A stretch of 63,778 bases of DNA, filler included, from Octopus bimaculoides (GCF_001194135.2; 4 parts of 4 records of this genome joined end to end with filler, not necessarily neighbours in it); one strand, 5' to 3'; positions 12,885-25,955 are shown, counted from the whole stretch's first letter. The notes: generated from the letters alone by a model not told the origin. Program-made: numbers and translations.

Positions 12885-13752
12885 ATTATTATTAGTATTA
12901 TTCAGTAGTTTTATTTTTATAACGTGCTTTCACTTCACTACCGAGCGCAGCTCTCTGTGCCTTGGGTATGTGCTGTGGTTTGCTGTGATGCTCTTATGGT
13001 TACTGTATTGAAAGTGTTTTGTGTAGGATGTGTGCAGTGTCCAGTAGTGCAATTGTCTGTATGTTATATTTGTAAGTACTGGTGTTTTTGTTATGTATTT
13101 GTCTGAATATTTTTTTTTATTATACCTCAGGCGACTCCTATGATAGGGATTGTTTGTGTTTTTAGATTCCACATTCGAGTTACCTCTATTTCCAGGTCTT
13201 TGTATTTTGAAAGGTTCTCCATTTCTTTTAGGGAAACATTGTCATCTGCTGGTATTGATACATCAATTAGAAAGTATTTTTTCCTTCATGATCTTTGACA
13301 ACTATATCTGGTCTATTGCCCTTAATTTCTCTATCTGTGAGTATTGGCACATCCCAGAGTATGGTTACTTTCTCGTTTTCTGTGACCTTTTCTGGTGTGT
13401 GTTTAAACCATCTTTTTTCTGTTGTTATTCTATAGTGTTGGCATAGCTTCCAATGTATGTAGGTCCCAGCTCTGTCTTGTCTGTGAATATATTCCTTCTT
13501 AGCCAGGACTGGGCAGCCAGAGATAATATGATTTATTGTTTCTTGTCCATCGCCACATATTCTGCAGTTACTTGTTATGTTTCTTTTCATTATATGTTTT
13601 TGGTAATTTCTGGTGGGGAGGCTTTGGTCTTGTGCAGCAATTAAAAATCCTTCAGTCTCTGCTTTGAGTCCTGAGCTTCTCAACCATTGCTGGGATTTTT
13701 CTCTGTCTATTTCTTTTGCATTTAGTTTAGCCCAGTATTTACCGTGTAGGGT
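12885..13752 (-). mobile_element. R4/Dong-like non-LTR retrotransposon, 5'-truncated (copy 1)
   Basis: LHGKYW...SSGLKAETEGFLIAAQDQSLPTRNY, CRICGDGQETINHIISGC (CCHC finger), RQD, NRPDIVV (PD-(D/E)xK restriction-like endonuclease), TAHILHK-stop, 3'UTR and short (TAA)n tail. Confidence 0.92.
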
Positions 13753-13753
13753 A

Positions 13754-13809
<56 letters not shown>

Positions 13810-13810
13810 T
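13753..13810. repeat. (TTA)n tract abutting the 5'-truncated end of Dong copy 1
   Basis: Read directly. Confidence 0.95.
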
Positions 13811-13811
13811 C

Positions 13812-13905
13812 AGGGGTCGATTTCTTCGATTAAAAGACACTTGAAGGTGGTGCTCCAGTATGGCTGCAGTCAAATGACTGGAATAAGTGAAAGAATACAA
13901 GAATG
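13812..13905 (+). mobile_element. SINE family A, 3' fragment
   Basis: ggggtcgatt..ttcga.taaa...aaggtggtgctccagtatggctgcagtcaaatgactg.aa.aagt.aaagaata. Confidence 0.8.
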
Positions 13906-16479
13906 AAAGATACAAATATACACACATCTGTAATTCCATTTTCTGTTATTTATAGGAATAATTTATCGAAATTTGCCCCACATCAATCATAAGAACATTA
14001 TATTCACACCCACCTAACCGCCACCATCATTACTATCACCCTCACCGTCATACCATCACACCGCTATCATCATCATCGTCGTCGTCGTCGTCATCATCAT
14101 CATCATTACTACAAGTCTTAGAGTTGTGTATCTCATTTCTTTTGACATTTTTTGTATAAATTATAAGATATCTTGGTGACGAGTTTTGATTTGATATCAG
14201 TTTTTATGGCGAAAGGGAGATACCGTCATAGTGTTATTTATTTCACAAGATTTATTACAGTTAGGTTTTGAATCAATGTGCCAGACTCTACATGGTTACT
14301 TGATATACTAGAAAGAGCAGCCAAATCATCTCTCAAATTGCATCCTCCGCTCTGAAACAAAGCATATTTTAGACAAGATACAACTGGATATAGAATAATA
14401 CAGATTGGCTAAAGTTGAAATTTCATCGCATATCTGCTCATCAGGACTGAAGACTAAACAGCAGGAATAACACGCTAAAACTCTCTAATAAACAATTAGA
14501 AAGTTAACTTAATTAAAATATTGATTACTTTATATAAAGTAGAACATTCCGTTGAACAGCAATATTCAATAAAACACTATTTCAAAAACACTATATAGAA
14601 CATTTAGTTTATTAAATACGTTACATATAACACTTTGTTCATACACAGGCCTACTCTATGTTGTGAACGTATTTTGTACCAGTTATTCATATGAACTATA
14701 AGAAACAGAAGTGGGAAGCAATTGGGAGGAGAATAGCCATAGGAACAAGTAAGATTTTGAGACTGATTTTCTGCTAATGGTCATCTATTTACCCTAATGA
14801 ATCATATTGATGCTCATGAAGGAACTAAATGAAATATTCTCAAAACGTAATGTCTCAGTCTTTCTACCAAAACTATCAGAAACCTCGTCTTCTGTAACAA
14901 TATCAAGGCTGACTGTATAGCATAGCGTCTTACCTCGACCATTATATAACATTTTTCATCTACTCAAATCTCAAACAAATTCCTATTGAAAATAGATGTA
15001 AAACTGAAAGATTCTATTTCATATAAGTTATTCACAGCTTCTTTAAAATGAGTACTTAGAATATTTCACTGGTTGAAAGAGGAATTGGCAATCAAAATCG
15101 ATAGCGAATTTCTCACTTTCTATTTACAGACGACGAAGTCAGCGTTCTGGTTAGTTGAAATACAAAGTATGGCAGAACAGCTGAATACTAAAAGCAAGGA
15201 TGTCAAAGTATACTACGGTAGAACAACTATATACGGAATGTAAATCTGTAGGACGAACATTGAACATGAAATGAACATATAAGTAAATATAAAATCTGTA
15301 TTGAGGGTTTTTATTTTAGAAAGTCACATTAATAAAACATCTTTTTAAAATTAAATAACTCAACGAGAGTCAATTAAGAAGAACGCAAGCAGCAAAAGAG
15401 AAAGCGATATATAGGGAAGTACCTTAGGAATGCAAACTATTAGCAAGAAAAGTTCAGTTATAGAAAAAAGAAAGGAATATGTACCTTGAAGAACGACTTT
15501 CCACACAATGTGTTAATTTGTTATGATACAGAAATACAAGCCCTGTAAAAGGACTTAACAAAAGAAAGCTAAGTGCGTCACATGCGGAGGACTGGTTTAT
15601 GCTTAAAATATAATTGAGATTTACGGAGATGTACTTGCATAGCAAGTGACCTGATCTGAGATCGTGTGCTGGAACGAAAACAATTGCAGTGTGGAAGGTG
15701 TTTATAAGCCATTTAAAAACACACAAAACCGTTAGATTCACTTCAACATTTAAATTTAATTTGCCAAAATATTTTCGAATTTGCCTTTTTTTATTTTTTG
15801 ATCTCTTTATTTATTTATTTATTTATTTATTACACACATATACATATACAATACGTACATATATCTACACATATACTCATACGTGCATGCATGTACATAC
15901 TCATACACTCACATACTCACACAACATACAACACATACACCCACAACACACACATACACACACGTACACACATACAACACGCATACATCTACACATACGT
16001 ACATACGTATCAAACTATGTACGCTCATACGGTTATATAACAGAGAGTTCTTTGAAAAGCTACCTATAAAATGGATCCGGAATAAATAAACCCAAATAGT
16101 ATTCTTTATTTTCAATAGTATTTGTTATTTCTTAAAATCTTCAACTGGAGTTGGGTTGACCATAAATAACAGGTGACAACTGATGTCCGAAAAAAATGAC
16201 ACATTCGGTTCCTAGTAATTGAGGATAAGAAAAAGCGCCCTCCACTCTCTCTCTCTCATAATTTCTCTCTTTGTCTCTCTTTCTCTCTTTGTCTCTCTTT
16301 CTCTCTTTGTCTCTCTTTCTTCCATACTCACTCTCTTTCACTTTTACTCACTCACTCTCTCTCATTTTCTCCTTCTCTCACTCCCTCTCACTCTCTCTCT
16401 CTCTCTCTCTCTACCACTCTCAATTTCTCACAAACGCGTATTGGAATGTTACTTTGTTAGAAACAAAATCAAGTGTTGT

Positions 16480-16705
16480 ATTTCTTCATTTCCCACAGGA
16501 GGCTAAACACAGAGGGAACAAACAAAGACTGACAAAGGGATTAAGTCGATTACATCGACCCCAGTGCATAACTGGTAATTATTTAATCGACCCCGAAAGG
16601 ATGAAAGGCAAATTCATCCTCGGTGGAATTTGAACTCAGAACGCAGACGAAATATCGCAAGGTAGTTCGCCCGGCATGCTAACGATTCTGCCAACTCAGC
16701 GCCCT
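16480..16705 (-). mobile_element. tRNA-derived SINE family B
   Basis: taagtcgattacatcgaccccagtgc..aactggta...aatcgaccccgaaaggatgaaaggcaaa...cctcgg.ggaatttgaactcagaacg. Confidence 0.85.
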
Positions 16706-18096
16706 ACAACAGTGTAATATTACATTTGCTCCAAAGTTGTTAAGTTTAGGTGCACAGTTTGAATATCCTGGTTGACTTCTCTAATAAGAGAGATCAACGT
16801 TTATGTACATTGCAACCATCCCCTAGTGAACTGAACAATAACATAGTGATGGTTGGTGCAATTGCATGTGATATTACCTTGCTCAAAGGAATTTAAATCA
16901 GTGCTAAAGGTTAACTAAATATTTTTAGACAATATGCAACAAATTTGTATCACGAAGCGATACAAATTTGAAGCAAAGGGAAATAGGTTGCGTCTACCAC
17001 CAAAAATGAGACGAGCAATACACATGCAATACATGCTGAAGAGGAAGAGGTGCTGCAAATGTACAGAGTCAGTGATAAGATCAAAGATTTTGAAGAAAAG
17101 ACGTTGACAAACTAATTGAGTAACAGTCAACGCATTGAATATTTAACTAGACGGCAATAAACTAAAGTGAAACATTACGGGTGTGCGTGGTTCTAATGGT
17201 AGTATGAACAACAAAAACAATCAACAATATGCGTTTTCCCACCAAGAAACTTGCAAAAGAAATACAAAATCGAAAGGATAGGAAAAATCGAGATTCAGGT
17301 GATCCTCTTCACAAACGATTCTATCATACGTCTCTTGTATATCCACAGGTTATTCTTCTTTTTCGTGTATCCTTATAAAAGTTTCGGCACTCCATGGTTT
17401 TTCCCAAATGGAATTTGAAGCCTAATCGCCGCGATTACAACATAAGTCAGAAACTGATTGACAAATTCCATTCGCCAATACAACTTAGATCTTTTCCGTC
17501 AGATTTAGGGTAAAACGATGTTTTCCCTAAACATGCTGGAAAAATGCAGAAGAATTACTTCCACCTGGTATTGAAACTTGCAAAAGAAGCCTATAACAAC
17601 TCTATAATGTTCATCAGCGAATGTCTAAAGCATTGATTTCTTTTTTACTGAGAACAAGAACTTCTATATCTTGGTGATAAAAAGTAAAGATATGCAGAAA
17701 TTGTCACAATCATATGCTGTAAATTCAGAATCTAAACTACATCAGAGACATAATTTGCTGCTATTCTGTTTATGTAACGTTGAGTAGAATTCACCAGAAA
17801 ACTTTCTAGGTGAACTTCTATATTCAAATGTAAGAGAAATCATATGATAAATATATAATTTTATACAACAAAAAAATAGTTTAAAGAAAGCTGACACAGT
17901 AGATTAATAGAGACTACTCCGATTAGATGTATTATACATTACCATTTTTAATCTAGTGCAATCTTGGTTCAGTAAATCCTATTGCTTGAGTAATGTTTCG
18001 TTCGGGGAAGATAACATTAGAAATTTCTGCAAAAGCAAAAAAAATATATATGTTAGCTATTTACCCTATATATACATGTATGTATGTTAGATTTAG

Positions 18097-18138
<42 letters not shown>

Positions 18139-18277
18139 NNNNNNNNNNNNNNNNNNNNNNNNNNNNNNNNNNNNNNNNNNNNNNNNNNNNNNNNNNNNNN
18201 NNNNNNNNNNNNNNNNNNNNNNNNNNNNNNNNNNNNNNNNNNNNNNNNNNNNNNNNNNNNNNNNNNNNNNNNNNNNN

Positions 18278-18311
<34 letters not shown>

Positions 18312-18410
18312 AATCAATGAATCTCAAACAGTTTGATTTTCACATTTTATTATTTGCATCTTTTTTACAATTTTACAATACTGAAATAAACTAATACTTT
18401 CATGCGTTAC

Positions 18411-18497
18411 GCAATCATCAGATTTATGTAGTGACAATCGTGTTCCATAGTTCACAACTGTGGAACACGACTGTCACTACATAAAACTGATGATTGC
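18411..18497. repeat. 42-bp inverted repeat with 3-nt loop inside a larger ~200-bp foldback (about 18350-18546)
   Basis: gcaatcatcagatttatgtagtgacaatcgtgttccatagtt-cac-aactgtggaacacgactgtcactacataaaactgatgattgc; 39/42 Watson-Crick pairs. Outer arms tttacaattttacaata / tattgtaaaattgtaaa. Confidence 0.9.
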
Positions 18498-20375
18498 TTA
18501 ATATTGTAAAATTGTAAAATTGTAAAAGTGTAAAAATTGCAAATAGTAAAACGTAAAAACCAGACTAAGTTGGAATTTAATATATTCTCCTATACACAAT
18601 CATACAAACTCTTATATATATATATGTATATATTTATGGATATATATATATATATATATTCGTGTGTGTGTGTGTATTCGTGAGTATGTGTGTGTATGTA
18701 TATTCATATGCATACATACATGCATATATACATATAGTAATACATATATACGTAGAGATACATAAATGTGCACAGTCTCACATTAGTAAAATATATACAC
18801 ACAACTGTGTGTGTGTGCGTGTGTGTGTGTGTGTACGTGTACGTGTGTGTGTACGTGAGTGTGTGCTTGTGTGTGTACGTGTGTATGTGTATGTGTGTGT
18901 GTGTGTGTATGCGTGTGTGTGTTTTATATCACAGTACTCAAAGCATTCTCATCGTTTATGAGTCTGGAGGCTAATGTATGTTGGTACATTTCTCTGTCAA
19001 CAATAAGCATTGAAGCCTCACAAATATCACCCATCATTTACTTGAGTGAAAACAGAAAGAAAGCTTTCTAAACCACATAATGAAACAATATCTATCTTTA
19101 GAAATACTTTAATCATATTGACTTCAATCGAGCTTTTAAAGATTGGTTATTGTTATTCATAAAATGGATATTAAATGTAACCTCTTATGGATGTATGTAT
19201 CTATGTATGCATCCATACGCACACACATACACGCACACATACACGTACACACACACACACACGTATACATGCACATTTGTATAGCCAGACGTAATGCAGA
19301 CGTTTTGCAAACTAAAATTAAACGTTAAAATAAAACTAGTAATTTTCAATCTGTGTTTTATGGAGTTTTATATCTTTTCTTTAAATTCTATTTTAGTTTT
19401 TCTCTAACTCGTATTATTTGTTCAATTTAATTCCTAAGTTTTGAAATAAATATAAACTGAATGACTTCTTCGATTCTATAAATCGAGACTGACTCATTAT
19501 ATATATTTACTTACTTTAATAATTCTCCAATCCCACTTTCAAAGACAAATATTTTCATGCTTACCAAGCAATTCAATGTTCATAATTTCCTGAAATTCTA
19601 TTCACACAACTTACAAAAGTCAAATGAATTTTGGAACCAGGCATTTTTATTTGTATTTTTCTTTTTATTTCGAGCATCATGCAATGTGTGGCAACCAGGT
19701 AAGCGCTCCTTCGTTGGCCCATTGTGTTTTCGAAGTTAAGTAATTGTGACATAAATCTCTGCCTTTGTATATGATACCTGGAACTTATCTACCAGTAGCA
19801 TGTGAATGCGTCGGAAGAATACGCTCAGTATTTTTAGTACTATTTCAAGGAATGAATTATGGCACATACGGAAAAATACAAAACAAGTTAACGTGAGGAT
19901 TTTTGTCCAAATACATGACACATCATTGGCCACCGAGCCAATGTGTCACGAACGCCCGATACGAAGACTTATACGAGTATATTTTATTCACTCAGTCATT
20001 TGATCCATTTACGCTCCTCTTGATTATGGGAGATGTATGATAGTCACAGTTGTCATTTTTATGTAAACTCTATGAGAAGTATAGCGGATGTTTGTCTAGA
20101 CAAACAAACCAAGCATTTAAACTTAAATATATCAGAAAAAGTAGTTTCAGTTTGGGTCGCTTTCAGTTTAAATCCGACCTGCATTTTTCTTTTTCTTTTA
20201 AAGCGACTCTAGGTTTTGTTTGCTCAATCAATTGAATAATTTCAGTAATAAAATAATTGCTTCCATGACTAAACATAAGTTCCTGTTCAAATGTCATCAA
20301 GTTTAACTTTGCTATTCCTTTCTCTCGAATCGATAAGTACTTACCAAGTATTAGATAAAATCTCTCCCTCCCCCC

Positions 20376-20425
<50 letters not shown>

Positions 20426-20783
20426 AGAGAGAGAGAGAGAGAGAGAGTAGACGAATGTGTGGCACAACCCGGAAATAAAGAAGACATCAAAATGATACCG
20501 AATAAGAGCAAAACTGAGTTGATAGCCCCTACGGAGATATCCAGTTTACTCGTAATAATAACCGAAATCTCCCGCAGATTACACCCAAGCTCATCTTAAG
20601 ACAAGCAGGTCATATTACATAATGTGATATTCTGTGTAGGGAATCCTTTGTTCAGCATACTCAATATCACCTGGAAAGGGTTAGGCAAACACATTGCATA
20701 CACATACACGCGCACACACGCACGCGCGCGGACATACGCACGCACATACACTTATTCAGACGCATACACACGCATGCACATAC

Positions 20784-20830
<47 letters not shown>

Positions 20831-21991
20831 CACACACNNNNNNNNNNNNNNNNNNNNNNNNNNNNNNNNNNNNNNNNNNNNNNNNNNNNNNNNNNNNNNN
20901 NNNNNNNNNNNNNNNNNNNNNNNNNNNNNNNNNNNNNNNNNNNNNNNNNNNNNNNNNNNNNNNNNNNNNNNNNNNNNNNNNNNNNNNNNNNNNNNNNNNN
21001 NNNNNNNNNNNNNNNNNNNNNNNNNNNNNNNNNNNNNNNNNNNNNNNNNNNNNNNNNNNNNNNNNNNNNNNNNNNNNNNNNNNNNNNNNNNNNNNNNNNN
21101 NNNNNNNNNNNNNNNNNNNNNNNNNNNNNNNNNNNNNNNNNNNNNNNNNNNNNNNNNNNNNNNNNNNNNNNNNNNNNNNNNNNNNNNNNNNNNNNNNNNN
21201 NNNNNNNNNNNNNNNNNNNNNNNNNNNNNNNNNNNNNNNNNNNNNNNNNNNNNNNNNNNNNNNNNNNNNNNNNNNNNNNNNNNNNNNNNNNNNNNNNNNN
21301 NNNNNNNNNNNNNNNNNNNNNNNNNNNNNNNNNNNNNNNNNNNNNNNNNNNNNNNNNNNNNNNNNNNNNNNNNNNNNNNNNNNNNNNNNNNNNNNNNNNN
21401 NNNNNNNNNNNNNNNNNNNNNNATGCAGCATTTTTGAACTGTTCTATAAAAAGGGTCAATGTGAATTCTGCGACAGAGGTCTCTAAGTCAATATTCTCCA
21501 GTTGTGTGGCATCGTTCATTACTGCCTCACTACGAAAAATCGATGCATTTAAAAGCATTTAAAAGCTTACCAAGCTGCCATATATTTCTCTCCAAAGCTA
21601 GATAGGGAGGGCCCTAAGTGAATTTCTTTATGAGAGGAATAAATATACGATTTGGGTTAACTGGCTGATTTGAATAGATAATGTTTACTGTAGGTCAGGT
21701 GGACAGTACTTTTCACTTAAAAAAAAATATGCCCTCACCATCATGATTGTTCGCTTCGAAATGGTATTTCGATGATTAATGAATTGCGACACAATGTTAA
21801 TCCCGTGCTAATACATTCAGTGCAACGTTAGAGGAGTAACGCCAAGTTTAAATTAAATTATGAATAGAGGTTGTGATAATCTAATAATGTTACAAGAAGG
21901 TTGAGCGCGATATTCTACAGTATAACAGTTGCACTCTACATGACCATTGTGATATAGTCTTTATCATTATTATTATTAGTCATTGTGGTAG

Positions 21992-22205
21992 TAAGGCAGT
22001 GAAGAATCGTTGGCACGCCGGGCAAAATGCCTAGCGGCATTTCGTCCATCCTTACGTTCCGAGCCCAGATTCCACCGATGTCGACTTACGCAATGCGGTC
22101 GTTTGAATCGACTTCCCCCTCTCCCAAAATGTCAGGCCTTATGCCTATAAAAGAAAGGATTGTCATTATTGTTGTTGTTGTTTTTGTTGTTGTTATTATT
22201 ATTAC

Positions 22206-22244
<39 letters not shown>

Positions 22245-22265
22245 CATTATTATTATTGTTATTAT
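21992..22265 (+). mobile_element. SINE family B with (TTG)/(TTA)n tail
   Basis: gaatcgtt.gcacgccgggc.aaatgc.tagcggcatttcgtc...ttacgttc.gag; internal deletion relative to other copies. Confidence 0.8.
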
Positions 22266-22500
22266 TTACTTTTGATTTGCATGTTTATTACAATCAGTCG
22301 ACGAGACATACCCAGCGTCCTAGGCCGAGTGAAGGATAAGAGATGACTGAAAGAGATGACTGATAAGTATGACTGAAAGCTTGGGGAGGGCAAGTGGCAG
22401 GGGCAGGGGCAGTGGCGAAATATCTTTATGTAATACACTACAGATATCTAAATTGATAGGGTTGTTCCATAAAAACGCCTATAATGTCAAAATATAACGT

Positions 22501-22535
<35 letters not shown>

Positions 22536-22984
22536 AGTAGTTGTATACTGCCAACTTAACGTGACAGTCCCAATAAGGGGATATACTACTGCTATTTAGC
22601 CCTAGGAAGCTAGACCGCTTCCTGTTGGCCTTGACACATTTCCTGTGTCCTTATCTTTGCAGTGGAAGACAAACTCCTCCACCCAGCCTAGCCTGCATTC
22701 AGGGACATGTTTCTGAGTCTTTGCTCGTCATCAGCCTGAAGTAGCACGACCAGCTGTTTGAAAAAGTCTGTTTACCTCTCGCTAAGATATACTGTTTCAG
22801 TGAAATACATTCACTGGTTATTTCTAATATNNNNNNNNNNNNNNNNNNNNNNNNNNNNNNNNNNNNNNNNNNNNNNNGTGGGTGTGTGTGGGTGTGTGTG
22901 TGTATCATATTAATAATTTAATAAAAAATAAAGTAAAATGTACGGTTACTCACCAATAATGAATAATATTGATTTAAGACGATG

Positions 22985-24372
22985 ATGATGATGGGAAGTT
23001 GCTGCCGTTGTTTCTTCATGGTGGTGAGGAGAGATTTTTATGTCTGCATAGCAGCATCGGTAGTATTTTTAAATTGGAGAGACCGAACCTTGCAATTCCT
23101 TTGCTGTCCTTATAAAGTCGGACAAATGTCCGATTGTCTGGCCCACATCATCCACCTCTTTCTCTTAATCTGGCAATTCCTCCTCCTCTTCGCAGGCAGA
23201 CTTAGTTAACTCTAACAAATCGCCTTCTGTCAATGTTTCAGAGTGGGCATTGATGAGGTTGTTGACCTCATCTTGCGTGGTGTCGTCAAAACCTTCGCGA
23301 TCAAGTACCTTTGCAAATTTCACCACATTGTTGACAGCAACGCGATGAATATCTTCAGGGGAGAAGCACGCGTAGTCCTGGACACACTCTGACCACACCT
23401 TCTTCTAGCGTGCGATGAGGGTTTGTTTTATCATGTCTTTAAGGGCAGCGTGGATGAATTACAGGCATGTTGCGATCGTGAAGTTACGCCAGTACTCCTT
23501 TAACTTGAAATTCTCGTCCTAATGCATTGCATCCACAAGTTGTTGGAGAGACTTCCGAGTGTAAAGTGGCTTGAAAGCACGGATCACGCCTTGATCCATA
23601 GGCTGGTTGAGGGTGGTAGTGTTAGCGGAGAGGAACTCGATTTGGAATCCCTCGTGATTCAAGTCCAAAGAGTGACCACCAGCATTATCCATAACAAGTA
23701 ACACTTTGCATTCCGTGCATACGTTTTGGGGGTGTTCGTTGGTTTGAGGGATAAAGCATTTGTGGAACCAATTCAGCGTGAGGCTTTTGATAACCTAGGC
23801 ATTGGGGTTGTACATCCAATGGACAGCAACAGGTTTTTATTCTTATTTTTGAAGGACCTCGTGTTCGCGGATTTGTTAGTAAGTCCTGGCTTCATCATGA
23901 AGTTAGCAACATTGCTCAACAAAATTAGCGTCACTCTGTCCTTCTCTGCCTTAAATTTTGGGGCCCTGGTTTCGTCTTTCATGGTGTACGTAGGTATCTT
24001 CTTCCAGAACAAGCTAGTCTTGAAAACCTGTTCCGGCTTGTATCCCTTGTACTCGATGATCTGCCTGAAGGTCTCAAGGTACTTCTCGGCGGTTTCTTTG
24101 TCGGCTGTTACTGTCTCTCCTAGCAGGGAAACACATTTTATTTTAAACAGTTTCCGAAAACAGTCAGACAATCCCTTACTAGCTTGAAAATCTTCGGGCT
24201 CCGGTGCTGTCAATGGTCTTGGTTGCGGTACTTCGATGTCTTCTGCTCCGTCTCTGTCGAACTCTTGGCACAATCTCCGCGCTTTCTCGCGGATGCTGTT
24301 ACCACTCAAGAGGATGTTTTTCTTCTTGCAGTCACTGATCACAATGTCAAGGCAGATTCCACCGTCCATCTA
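22985..24372 (-). mobile_element. Tigger/pogo-family DNA transposon, decayed transposase
   Basis: CENP-B-type HTH (ISDCKKKNILLSGNSIREKARRL...FQASKG), GYKPEQVF..LFWKK, KAEKDRVTL, LLVMDNAGGH and QPMDQGVIRAFK (DDE_1 family). Several frameshifts; TIRs not identified; right end runs into a microsatellite and the spacer. Confidence 0.92.
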
Positions 24373-24414
24373 AGTGTATGTATATACATGCATATATATA
24401 TATATATATATATA

Positions 24415-24514
24415 NNNNNNNNNNNNNNNNNNNNNNNNNNNNNNNNNNNNNNNNNNNNTTAATTAATTAANNNNNNNNNNNNNNNNNNNNNNNNNNNNNN
24501 NNNNNNNNNNNNNN
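24415..24514. other. Artificial scaffold-join spacer (N44-TTAATTAATTAA-N44)
   Basis: Exactly 44 N + a 12-mer with stops in all six frames + 44 N = 100 bp; identical at 55809 and 61593. Confidence 0.95.
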
Positions 24515-24560
<46 letters not shown>

Positions 24561-25955
24561 CATCATTATTCTGAAAGACTCTCGGATAGTTCTTAATTAC
24601 CGCTTATTCTTTACTTGAAAGCAGATAACAACAAATCACCAATGCTTTCAAGAAGTGCCTTCTCCTGTGACTCAAACAGACAATACTCTCTTTAGAATGC
24701 GAGTTGCTCGCATTCTAAAGAGAGTATTGCCATCTTCTGGATCACTTCGAGCCTGACAGCTGCTTCAATATTCTTAATATGTTTTTCAAAGCCCTTGGAA
24801 ACTGCTCCTAATGCCCCACTCACCACTGGTATCACCATTACTTTCCTCATGCCTCATAACTTTCCTCTCTCGTCCCACAGTGGCTGGTATTTCTCAATAT
24901 TTTCTGTTTCCTTACATTTCAACCTCGAACTGCTTCGTATTGCAACATCTATTATCTTTACTTCTTTTTCATCTTTATGGATGAGAGATATACCTGGTGG
25001 ACTCGCCTCTATGACTTGGTTCACTGCATGTTAAAATCCCAGAGTATTTGTAATGTTTGTTTTCCATTACTCCCTCTGGCTTGTGTTCATACCACTGTGC
25101 TGCTTTCTCGAGGTTTGCGTTACCGCACAACAGCCAGTGGACTTATCTGGCCACATTGTCGTGTCTTATTTTGTATTCACATTGTGCGAGCTCACAGCAT
25201 TCACTAACAATATGGCTTATACTTTCTCCCTTCTCAGAGCACATCCTACACTGTGGCGAGTCAGTGCTTTTATCAATGTGATATTTGGAGTTGTTTGTTC
25301 TGAGAGCTTGTTCTTGAGCGCTGCACACTAACGCTTTAGTGGGCCCTTTTAAGTCTCCTTTCTGCAGCCATTGCCAGGTTCTATTCCAATCAATCTCATC
25401 TTTATTCTTCAAGAACTGACTGTGCATTTTCTTATCCTGCCAAATTGTATTCTTCTGTTCTCTCTGGTCTTTCTTAAATCGTGTTGGATCTACGGCTTCA
25501 TTCACTTTTAAGGTTCCCCGCATTTTAACTGCTTCAGTCATTTCTTATTTACTCCCCTTGACATACCAAGCCAAGCTATACTCCTCTTCCCTTACACAAA
25601 CTTTACAACAAATCAGTCCCTGTCCTTCTTTCCATACAATCTTGACACGTCATTCTTGGGGTGTAGTTTCTTGTTTCTTGTCATTAATTTACGTATTCTC
25701 CAGTCGATCTCTTGTAATTCATTCTTTTTCCAAGATACTATTCGTGCCCCATATCTCATCAAAGTAACCGTCCACGTGTTACTTGCTCTAATCTTATATT
25801 GGAGCACACAGCGAGTTCTCCTCAAATATTCTTTCCTGCAAGTTTCTTTCATCTTGTGTTCATTCATCTTATCACGTTCAATGATACCCAGGTACATATA
25901 TCCTTCCTCTCCGACTCCATTTATAGTTTCACAACTTTCCAGCTTCATCCCCTGG
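24515..25955 (-). mobile_element. R4/Dong-like non-LTR retrotransposon, 5'-truncated (copy 2)
   Basis: RT thumb GYMYLGIIE...YLRR, MHSQFLKN..TWQWLQKGDLK..AQEQALRTN, CRMCSEKGESISHIVSEC, RHDNVAR, ILWDFN, VIPVVSGALG, RILKRVLSV-stop, long (TAA)n tail at 24515-24570. Confidence 0.92.

Noticed and set aside
15130-15149. Possible 20-nt exon (ttctatttacag|...|gttagt)
   Set aside because: Not frame-preserving, no partner exons identified, and such matches are common by chance.
22383-22409. Possible G-quadruplex (four G-tracts)
   Set aside because: One loop is 9 nt, it is isolated, and there is no functional context.
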